A stretch of DNA of 64,000 nt from the NCBI RefSeq assembly GCF_023055435.1, contig NW_025963913.1, positions 3,162,001 through 3,226,000 of the forward strand. The letters are read 5' to 3'. A program made the translations under genes and the position numbers. The number at the start of each line of letters is the position of its first letter. Position 1 is the first letter of the stretch. A model generated the notes under the pieces. The model was not told where the DNA came from, searched no databases, and worked only from the letters and a program-made list of their open reading frames with translations. Source of the stretch: Haliotis rufescens. Its lineage: Eukaryota. Of this stretch, positions 1 to 10,800 are shown piece after piece.

Positions 1-195
1 AGGTAGATCATACGAGACAGTGAAGTATTCATGTCTAGGTAGATCATACGAGACAGTGAAGTATTCATGTCTAGGTAGACCATACCAGACAGTGAAGTAT
101 TCATGTCTAGGTAGATCATACGAGACAGTGAAGTATTCATGTCTAGGTAGACCATACGAGACAGTGAAGTAATCATGTCTAGGTAGATCATACCA
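1..195. repeat. 36-bp minisatellite (AGGTAGATCATACGAGACAGTGAAGTATTCATGTCT)n, right end of an array truncated by the window start
   Basis: About 5 near-identical tandem 36-bp units; same unit family as the array at 37345-39340 upstream of gene 5. Confidence 0.95.
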
Positions 196-874
196 AAGTG
201 TGAAGTATGAAACTTCGCATTAATGTCTCCAAAATGACTATCAACGATAAGATGGCCTCACAGCACACTTTGGATAGGCCGTCATGTAGCTGGAATATTG
301 CTGAGTGCGGCGTAAAACAACAAACGAACAAAGAAACAAAACTTTGGATAGCGGAAATACCAACTTGAATATAAACGCAAACACGGTTTATTGAGCAGCA
401 GTTGTAACAAGTGTATAACAATCCCATTCAAAGGGTGAGTTATCACTGCTGGGGTCAAGAGTTCTATCCACTCGTGTCAAACTCCATCGACATATTTCAG
501 TGTTTGTAAGTTCTGATACATTGATATCAAGAAATATGCCCATGTACCTCTTTAATGCATAACTGTACAGACAAAAACTCGATGTAACATAAGACAGTGT
601 GTTACATGTACCCGACATTGTATATGCCATGTACAATATTATAGACCAGTAGTTCGGAAACAAAACAACAAGAATGGATTGGAACACTTCGTGGAAACGA
701 TACTTACCTTCCATCCACTGAAACAATATTTCAGTTTCACGTATGACTTGATATATTTACAAGGACAAGACGTTAACTGGAAATAGGCATATACAAGTAC
801 GTTCATCATTCCCCTTCTTTTAATTGATGCCAAAAACTCATTTTGACCAGTCTGCAGTGCAGCATTTTTAAATA

Positions 875-2174
875 CGAGGGCTGGCTGAAAAGTTCTAAGC
901 CTAACTGTGAAAGACCCGTACCAAGTCCATGGTTTTCATTTATTTCTCCACATAGTCCCCTTCCAGGTTTACACACTTTTGCCAGCGATGCTGCAAGGCC
1001 TGGATGTCGGACAAGAAGAAATTTTCTTCAGCCACCCTAAAAAAGTCATTCACAGCGGAAATGACGTCATCATTACAAGGAAAATGGCGACCAGCTAGTT
1101 CCTTTTTCATTTTTGGAAATAGGTGGAAGTCTGACGGGGCCAAATCGGGTGAATAAGGGGGATGGTCAATGAGTTCGAAGCCACAATCATGGATCGCTGA
1201 CATGGCAACCACCGATTTGTGAACAGGAGCATTATCTTGGTGGAACAGGACTCCTTTGGTGAGCATTCCCCGTCGCTTAGCTTTGATAGCTTCACGCAAC
1301 TGTCTCCGTAGGTCAGCATAATATCTTCCATTGATAGTCTGACCTTTTTTAAGATAGTCAATCAGCAGAATACCCTTGGAATCCCAAAAGACTGAAGCCA
1401 TCACCTTTCCAGCAGAAGGAACCGACTTGGGTTTTTGGGGGGCTGGTGATTCCGGATGCTTCCATTGTTTAGACTGAATTTGGGTTTCTGGTTGAAAGTG
1501 ACGAATCCAGGTCTCATCCATGGTTACAAATCGGGCCAAAAAATCATCGGGATCTGCTTCAAAACGGCATAAATTGTCACGGGACGTCAGGAATCTGATA
1601 CGTTTCTGATCCGCTGTCAAGAGTTTTGGCACCCATCTTGCAGAAACTTTTGTTATTCCCAACTCGTTAGTGATAATGTGCTCAACCCTCTCATGAGAGA
1701 TGCCCACAACACTGCAGCTGGCAATATGTCGAGTGGTCAATCGTCGATCAGTCATCACCATGTCATGCACCCGGGTAATGTTTTTCGGAATGGTTGCTGA
1801 TGAAGGCCTTCATGGACGCGGGTCATCGTCAAGGCTCTCTCTGCCACGCTTGAATTCCGCAGCCCACTCCTTTACAGTGGAAAAGGAAGGGGCATCATCC
1901 CCTAAAGCGGAGACCATGTCAGCATGTATCTGTGTTGGAGTTAGCCCTTTCAGTTGCAGGTTTTTGATGACTGCCCTATAGCCAGTTTTGTCCATTTCTG
2001 GTGATTTCAATGGGTAGGTTCACAAGATGGTCTGGTATAAGGACAATAATAACACTACAGTTGCAGTTCTTATGTCTATGATTCATTAAATGATTATACA
2101 TGTTGGTGGCAAAAGTTTGTTTCAATCCGATTGAGATATCCCACTTAGGCTTAGAACTTTTCAGCCAGCCCTCG
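875..2174 (-). mobile_element. Full-length mariner (DD34D, irritans/Himar1-like) transposon, 1300 bp
   Basis: Perfect 30-bp TIRs CGAGGGCTGGCTGAAAAGTTCTAAGCCTAA (875-904 / 2145-2174) with TA flanks at 873-874 and 2175-2176; encodes transposase. Confidence 0.96.
940..1995 (-). pseudogene. Mariner transposase (~351 aa) with one premature stop
   Basis: ORFs 1810-2010 and 940-1770 are in the same frame, joined by DDDPRP*RPS (TGA at 1812-1810, likely from GGA). Motifs WVPKLL, VTMDETW, SAGKVMASVFWD, FHQDNAP, YSPDLAPSD; 34 aa between the 2nd and 3rd Asp. Confidence 0.93.
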
Positions 2175-2645
2175 TATATAACCCCAACATTTGAGAACAA
2201 CCAGTCTCGATTATCCATCGAAACAAATTCCACTGGGCGTAAAAGGCAAAATAGCAGTGAAATTAACAAGAATGGATATCTGAAAATCAATGATGACACC
2301 AAGTGTTTGAGAAAAGGGTTAGCATGCCCTGCCCCATCGGCAACACCCCCATCTACACAATGTGCCTAAAAAAGCAAGTGTGAGCCGTCCCATATTTTGC
2401 GCTCATTGACAGGTCTGATATAGAGCTACTATCATGCGTAGACATGTAAAACTGTCCCGAATACGTGCGGGCATCTGCCATATGATAATGCATGATCTTG
2501 ACAGAGTAGTTTGTGAACAGGAGAGATAGTCTCTTCCCACTCCAGCACACTTTGTCGACCTTGACTTTTCGCCCGTTGTATTTAAGCAACGTTGCACTGA
2601 GTCAGATGAGATTAGTCTTGGATGTCGTTAGGGCTGGTCGGAAAC

Positions 2646-5600
2646 ATGTCTCAATACAAGCTGATTTATTTTGATTTCCGAGGACGAGGGGAACTGTCTC
2701 GTTTGCTCTTCGCTCTGGCGGGACAGGAATATGAAGACGTCAGATTCAAGAGGGAAGACTGGCCAGCAGAGAAAGACAGTGAGTAGTTGGTGGGTGGTAT
2801 AGTGGTTGAGGGATGGGTGAAGGAGTCAGTGGTGGGTGGGTGGGTGTGAGTGAATAGGGTTCACGCCATAAATTCCCTCGGGGGGAACCGGGGCAAAACA
2901 GGTCCTTGTTCTTGCTTGTGGTAGGAGACGACTAACGAGGACCGGCAGATTACAACGTGTGGCCTCCCTGATCGAATCCCTGCATGAACAAAGCTTGCAC
3001 ATCTCTGTTGTGCACTGCGGTGCAATTCCAGCTCAGAATAGGCCCCAAATAACCAATTTTCGTCGTAAAAGGAGATGCACCAATAAATTTCGGCAAGAGT
3101 CAGTTCAGTAGTTAACCCACTAGGGAGAACTAGAACTATAGGAAGGACTGGTACTAGGTGTAGTGTGTACTCTATTTAATGTTCAGTAAAGGTGTGTGGG
3201 TGGGTGAGGGTTGCCGTGATTTAAAGAACATGTTCTAGTAAATACTGATAATATATTTGCTAACTTAAAGGCGGACTAGGACAGTTGGCAGTCATAGCCT
3301 GTTTAATTACACTCATTCGAACACCAGTTTTAATGTTTTATAGGTACTGTAATATAACACTCCCTTATTACCATAATTTATAATACGTAGACGAGTTTCC
3401 ACTTTGACCCATGCGAACCTAGTTTAAATTAAATTTAAATTGGTCGTTGTAGAGTATAAAATGACATCCTTTGATACGAGGTGTCGACGTGTTTTATTTA
3501 CGAGCAGAGATAGGAATGGAATGCAAATAATCAAATGACATTTTCCTTGGAATGTAGATTTTTTAATTAAATTCCAGAGTACATCTTCGGCAGAGTTCCG
3601 GTGTTGGAGGTAGATGGGAAACAGTATGGACAGAGCATGGCTATCGCCAATTTCCTGGCCAAGCGGTTTGGTGAGTGGTGTAAAATCTATCTTTCAGGAG
3701 TAACTAGTTATTCAGTTAGTCAGTTATCTTACAGGGCACGGCTCCCTTTTTTTGGTTAGTTGATCTGTAATGGTTCGTTGGTATGAACAACGATGGTTCA
3801 TGGAGATTAACTGTGACAATTCATGGCTGAAACAATGCCGATGCGACGTCAACGTTTAACCCACTCACTGTTAGTGGGTATGAACTGTGATGGTTATTGG
3901 ATATGAACTGTGAAACATCAGGGAACAAATGGCATTTGAGCCCACGACCATAGGTTTCTGGTTCACCCCAGGCGCGCAGCTCTTCAGTGTTAACTAGACG
4001 ACCTGGACACTACAATACGTGATCTTACCGATCAATGTGTTATCTTTTTTATTAACAAGGTTTCCATGGCAGCACTGAGGTTGAAGTACTAGAAGTTGAC
4101 CAAGTCCTTGGGATTGTCGGGGACATACTTGCAGCCATGGGTCGAGCTTTCATGGAGAAGGACGAAGGAAGAAAGGTGACGTATATGTTATATGTCTTAA
4201 CTCCCTATGCAACAACACAAAGTATACATGTTGAGTGAGTGGGTTTTGATCGGTTTGAAAAGTAAAATGTGCATGCAGACATAATTATATATGCCTCTGT
4301 ATATGGACCGCCTCGATGGTCAAGTGGATATAGCGTCTGTCCGGAGAGCGGAAGGTCATGTCATACCGAACGACGTAAATGATGATGGTACTTGGTGCTC
4401 GGTATTAAGGACTGGAGTCGGATCGGAGTCAGTATATTGTGTTTTAGTGGAGAGTGCATGTTAAACTGCGGAATGGTATCTCAGTTTGTTTGTTTGTTTG
4501 TTTGTTTGTTTGTTTGTTGTTAAACGTCGCACTCGGCAAAATCTCAGAAAAATGACGGCTGTCTGTAAAATAACCGAGTCTGGTCCAGAAAATTCAGTTA
4601 TTGATATTGTGATATTGTACAATTTAGATACGATGACATGCATCAACCAAGTCAGCGAGCATGACCACCCGATCCCGTTAGTCGCCTCTTACGATAAGCT
4701 TGGGTTGGGTATCTCAGTGGGCTGGCACTATAAAATCGTCATTGGTCCGGAACAGCACAAGCACACGTGTATCCACGGTATCGATGGAAGTTCAATAATC
4801 TTCAATGCGACATTAAACCCTATCTCATCTCACCTCCGCAAGTGGTGGCCTCCAGAGCCTGTCAGGAGAGCGGAAGGTCGGTGGTTCGATGAATCCGGCA
4901 TTTGTCCTGGCTTTCTCACACGCACGCACGCACGCACTCACGCAAACACACCGCTGTATGAGTGCAATAATCATTGAGCCATGTTAAACCCTATTTTATG
5001 TGAAGGCAATCCTTTCTACGTTTTCCGAGTGCTTGGTCGTCTCAATATACCCTACAAATGTGTCCATTATTTTATTTTAATCTGCTTTGTTTTTGCAGCT
5101 TCAATCTATTTCATAATATCTGTTTTGTAGGCGGAGATTGTGAAGGAAAACACTGAAACTAACATTCCAAGGTTTCTGGGCTTCCTGGAGACTGTGTTGA
5201 AAAATAACAACACTGGATACTATGTGGGCGATAAGGTATATATCTGACTTAAACAGTTGGGCAAAAGAAAGCATAAACGTGAAAACTGGATTTGACCAAA
5301 AGGTTACAAACGTTATCAAAACGATACTAGGCTCAAAACAGTCGCCGAAACACTTCAAACGTCAGGTTCAAAACACAACTAAGATGCTCGTATTACAGCC
5401 ATCACCATCGAATAATCATTTCTTGTTTGTTTCTTGTTTAGGCACCATCCAACATGGATGTATACTTTCTTTTGCTTAGCAAACATTACATGCTGAGTGA
5501 CACCGCTCAAATAAGTGGGATTTCCATAAATCCAATAGAGTGAGTGAGTGAGTTGGGTTTAACGCCGCTTTTAACAGTATTCTAGTTATATCGCGGCGTG

Positions 5601-6550
5601 TCAGCTTAATGTGAGAGGAATCTCAGACGTTTACCACTTCTGTGAAACCCACGAGCACGGGTATGGTGTTGACAAACCTAGAAATATAATCGGGGCGAAT
5701 CGGGATTCGAACCCACAATCATAGGTTTCTGGCGTGCCCAAGGGACGCAACTCTGCACAGCGAATCGCGGCGCCTCAGACGACTGGGCCACCCGTGCCCC
5801 CAAATCCAACAGAACGATAACTTACATATTGATGTCCCAACTTCCCCTTAACGTGGTTCTGAATGAAGGTTCAGTTTAAATAATCAGATTGTCAGAACCG
5901 TTGGTTTTACCAAAGTGATAACAGTATAAAGCATGCGTCGTCGATTTGGGCTTTCCTCCCATAACGAGCTGGCATGACATCACTCATATATACTACACAA
6001 AAGAAGTTAAAGAACACCCGATTCTTTCATATTACTATAGTTACTTTGTCATAGAATATTTACTTCTTTTTAGTAGTATATACATTTGTGAAAATGATAG
6101 ATGTTCCATCAATATTTCTTTGTGCGTGTAGCATGAGAAAATGTTAGATTGCCCATCATGTTAATTTTAAAGTATTATTGCCCTAAATCACGGGAAGATC
6201 AAATTGTTATTGTGTGCAATTAAATTTTAATGAATGTTAAGCAAATCACAATGATTAATTTATAAGGACAAACATTAAATCGTTCGCAAAATACAGAGAG
6301 AATACTTTAAAATGATATTTCCAGCTTTGATATGCCGATGTGGTCGTTTGCAAAATACAGAGAGAATACTTTAAAATGATATTTCCAGCTTGGATATGCC
6401 GATGTGGCTGCATTTGATATCCTGTTTGCTGCTGGCGTTGAACAAAGATTCGAAGGACGCTTCCCATTGGTCAAAGCCAACTTTGAGAAGGTCAAGACTA
6501 ACGAGAAAATTGCCCAGTGGCTGGCCAAACGACCGCAGACACCAATGTGA
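2646..6550 (+). CDS. Sigma-class glutathione S-transferase, gene 1 (type A), 202 aa, 5 coding exons
   Basis: Exons 2646-2778, 3578-3670, 4060-4175, 5131-5235, 6389-6550; GT-AG introns; 609 nt open. [84 protein letters not shown]...-...[16 protein letters not shown]...[10 protein letters not shown]. Catalytic Tyr8, Trp39, cis-Pro, QS motif and helix-6 N-cap Asp are present. Confidence 0.92.
2876..3120 (+). repeat. Interspersed repeat with structured 5' head (second family), intron 1 of gene 1
   Basis: Homologous copy in intron 1 of gene 5 (~41420-41630) and a partial copy near 19800; head resembles that of the headless retroposon family. Confidence 0.6.
4305..4990 (+). mobile_element. tRNA-derived SINE family D fragments (RUDI-like molluscan SINE body), split by a nested retroposon
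   Basis: tRNA-like head (GGTCAAGTGG...GCGTCTGTCCGGAGAGCGGAAGGTC..GGTTCGA) and body AAGGACTGG..TCGGAGTCAG..GTTAAACTGCGG..TCAGTGGGCT.GCACTATAAAA; other copies near 7260-7490, 8940-9020(-), 21030-21180, 44520-44730, 56640-56870(-). The family name is inferred from memory. Confidence 0.65.
4486..4707 (-). mobile_element. 5'-truncated copy of headless retroposon family A with 11-bp TSD
   Basis: TSD GGTATCTCAGT at 4475-4485 and 4708-4718; (CAAA)n tail. Confidence 0.88.
5540..5801 (-). mobile_element. tRNA-Leu-like SINE family B
   Basis: A box TGGCCCAGTCGTCTGAGGCG, B box GTGGGTTCGAATCCC, tail GCGGCGTTAAACCCAACTCACTCA; TSD AAATCCAA(T/C)AG at about 5528-5538 and 5802-5812. Confidence 0.88.
5991..6078. 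mobile_element. Tc1/mariner-type MITE (TIR TACTAC.CAAAAGAAGTTAA.GA.CACCCGATTCTTTCAT)
   Basis: Related copies at 45961-46045, 51417-51861 and 59892-60018; TA-rich flanks. Confidence 0.7.
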
Positions 6551-7479
6551 GGGAGAGCCAAGAAGCCTGGAAATAGAACAACTGTGTTTATTTTATATAT
6601 ATACTGTAAATCTGGAAACCTATAATATTATTATTTTTTAACTGGCACACATCATGTCGACAACACATGTTCTTTGAGCAATGCCAAAAATGCTCTGTGA
6701 CTGCTTATAGTTGAAATGGCGCAGATTGAAATAAAAGCATAAACTACAATTGCTGTGTTTTAATTTATTTGAAATGTTAAAGGAAAAGATACAATGAATT
6801 AAGCATTGGTTTTTTTGTTTCTTGAGTGTCGCCACTTGCTCCACAGAATCAATTTCAATGTAATTGTTTTTAAGTTTCCTTGCCATAGATTGAAATGAAG
6901 CATTTGTGGCCGTGAGGGAGTGAGTATAGTTGAACGGCGCTTTATACAGTCTTTCAGTTATATCACGGTGTATCAGCTTGATCTCGGAGGAGCATTACTG
7001 GTCGACTTCGTATGTTGCTGCTGCTGAAACCTATGCAGCGGAAGCCAACAGGGATGTTATCAAAAGTTGTGTTATGTCTCCCGTGTCTGTTCTACGCACT
7101 GGCTATATAGTAACACATGTTACTGCATAAGGTTTGCATTCGGTGATAACATTGAAAATGCTTTATTGTTAATTAAATTAAACAGCTCCCAAAGTAGTAA
7201 ACGTCGTAAAACTGCATCACATCGGACCTTCCTACCACATTAAGCTGAAACGTCATGGACCACGTCCGTGTTCTCCTGGAAGGAGCGTCTGTCTGGAGAG
7301 TGGACGGTTGGTGGTTCGCCCCCGGCATGACGGTAGGGATTAAGGGCATAGAACAAGGATTGGTTGGCTCAGAGTATATCTGACTGGGGAACATATGTTA
7401 ATCTGTCACATGGTATCTCAGTGGGCTTTCACTATGAAAATAGGAATTTGTTCGGACTAGTACAAGCAGACACATATCT

Positions 7480-7506
7480 CACACACACGCACACACGGAC
7501 ACACAC

Positions 7507-7576
<70 letters not shown>
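7480..7576. repeat. (CA)n microsatellite
   Basis: Directly visible. Confidence 0.95.
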
Positions 7577-7581
<5 letters not shown>

Positions 7582-7851
7582 AAAAAACACACCATTTGCT
7601 CAAATATTCAAATACTCAAATGAAGAATAATCACCTATCATCACACACAAATTTAACCCTGCAAAGAAAGACGTGCCTAGACCTCACTCGGTAAAACAGG
7701 TCAAAATCCACACCACGACTGCACAACGGTAACACAGCACTTAATGTGACCGTGGTCGTACAAATATTATGCAACAGCTTATCGACGGTCACAGAACAAG
7801 GCCAGCCGTAGAGAGAGCGGGACGTATTCTACCCGTGCACACATCACAATC

Positions 7852-10800
7852 ATGCCGACATACAGGTTTCGCTACTTCGACTACAAGGCCGTGGGCGAGC
7901 TGTCCCGGCTGCTGTTTGCACTGGCAGGACAAGAGTATGAGGACGTCAGGATCACTTATGAAACATGGCCCTCGGAGAAGCCAAGTAAGAATAATATAAT
8001 ATCAAGTAAACGGGTATAGAAACATGAGGGCCTTATAATATTTGGTTCATTTGGTCATGATGAACTGCTTTTTAGATTTCCATCACTATCAAACATCTCG
8101 CGTCTCATAATTACATTTGCCCTACAAACCCTAGCCCTTGTTTCCTCATATTCTAAAACGATGATCATTTTTAAAACTGTCATGTTTTTCAAGTTACTTT
8201 CAACATCGACATTGCATATCATTTTTTTATTTTGATAGCTATTTGTATTTGTTCGATTTTATTTAAATTTAAGTCAGTGGTGGTATGAACACTTATATTA
8301 TTATTGTTGATACATTTACTGTCGTGGGAAATAACCCAAAGGGCTGATATTTGAAATAGGTTTGTATTATTTCATTTATACGATGTTGGCTGTTATTTGT
8401 TTGTCTGTTGTTTAATGCCCCACTCAGTAATATTCCAGCTTTATGACGGAGGTCTGTAAATAATCGACTCTGGACCAGAGAATCCAGTGATCATCACGAA
8501 CATCGATCTACGCAATTGTGACACGATGACATGCATCAACAAATTCGGCGAGCCTGACCACCCAATCTCGTTAGTCGCCTCTTACGACAAGCATAGTCGC
8601 CTCTTACTACAAGCATGAGTTGCTGAAGACCTATTCTAACCGGGATCTTCACGGGTTAAAGCTGATGGGACAGTCTCTGGGAAGTGGTGAACCCAGGTTT
8701 CATTCATAGTCATAAGTCGTTGCAAGAACCTTTCTTGATCAGCTTCAAACAGAGCTAGATTATTACGAGACGTGTTGTGCCTGGTGCGGTTTTGATCGGA
8801 TATGAGACTTAATTCAGTCATTCCCCGGTCATCACCATATCGTAGATTTTGTGGATCACTTCAGATGTTGACGTGACCGGCCGTCCAGGACGGGGTCGTC
8901 TTCACAGATAGGGTAACAAAATATACCGTCTGTTTACGTCTTAATGCGGTCAGGGATCGAACCATTGACCACCCACTCTCCGGACGGACGCTCTATCACT
9001 TGACCACGGAGGCGATCTGACTTAAACAGTATGTGTGTATATTTTCTTTATTCGTTCACATGATCGGGACGAGTATTTCACAAACACAATTCGTAGAAAT
9101 GGTTTATGCCATTATTTCTTGATGTGTTAGAAACACATACATTTCTAGATCGGTGTAGAATCAGTTACAGTGTCAGTGTTACAAAGTTAACATAACTCAT
9201 TATCCTGGATAAATATACTGATTGAGTCAGTTTGGACATATGCTTCTTTGAACAGTATTTCAGTTATGAATATTAATGTCATAACTCATTAAAATTGTTA
9301 CACAAATAGAAATATTGTACACGCAGGATGATGCATGAATGCAAAATAAAGAGCAAAAAATACAGTTTTGATTTCAGCTTCTACTGTATTATAGGCCTCG
9401 CTGGAGCATTGTTCTGTGAAAACAGTTTCTAGTTCAAATTGTTCAGATTTTCCCTGCAGATTTTCGCAAACTGAGTAACGTTGAAAAGGTCGAAAAGTGT
9501 AGTGTGGATTGGCAACGAATCAAGACATTTATTCACATTTGAACATGAACATATATTTAATTTGCGGGTTTTAAATTCAACTACATTCCGGCTGAATACG
9601 GGACAGGCAAGCCCCTTTTGATTGCCAGTCTGCTTACAAATCCAGGTTCAGCTTCGAGTTCCACGGACCACTGCCTTTGTAAGCTTGTAAAAACGCCCTT
9701 AGTGCCATTATTTTCTTTTATTCATACTTCTGACAAAAATGCAAGACGCATATTTCAAAGTATTGGACATTTTCATCACTCGCAGTGATGTCATTAGACT
9801 CGCAGTGATATCATTAGACACACAGTGATGTCATTAGACTTGTGGTGATGTCATTACATTCACAGTACTGTCATTAGGCTTGCAGGTATGTCATTAGACT
9901 CGCTATATTGTCATTAGACTCGCAGTGATGTCATTAGTCTCAGTGATGTTATTATACTCTCAGTGATATTATAAGACTACAGTGATGTCATTAGACCCAT
10001 AGTATTGTCATTTTACCCATAGTGATGTCATTAGACTCGCAGTGATGTCATTGGACACACAGTATTGTCATTAGACTCACAGTGATTTCGTCAGACCTGC
10101 GGTGATTTCATCACTTGCGGTGATATAATTAGACTCACAGTACTATCATAAGACTCGCGGTGATGTCATTAGATTCACAGTGATTTCATTAGACATGCAG
10201 TGATGTCATTAGACTCGCAGTGGTGTTATTAGACTTGCAGTGATGTCATTAGACTTGTTGATGCCATTAGACTCAGTACTGTCATTTGACTTGCAGATAT
10301 ATCATTAGACTCGCTGTATTGCAATCAGACTCACAGTGATGTCATTAGACTCGCAGTGATGTTATTAGACTCGCAGTGATGTCATTAGGCTAACAGTGAT
10401 CGCATAAGACTTGTGGTGATGTCATTAGACTGTGGTGATGTCATTAGAGTCACAGTACTAACATTAGACTTGTGGTGATGTCATTAGACTCACAGTACTG
10501 TCATTAGACTCAGTGATGTCATTAGACTCGCAGTGATGTCATTAGACTTGCAGTGATGTCATTAGACTTGTTGATGTCTTTAGACACAGTACTGTCATTA
10601 GACTTGCAGGTATATCATTAGACTCGCTGTATTGCCATCAGACTGACACCGATCGCATTAAGACTTGTGGTGATATCTTTAGACTTGCAGGTATGTCATT
10701 AGACTCACAGTGATGTCATTAGACTCGCAGTTATGTCATTAGACACACAGTATTGTCATTACACTCAAAGTGATGTCATTAGACACACGGTATTGTCATT

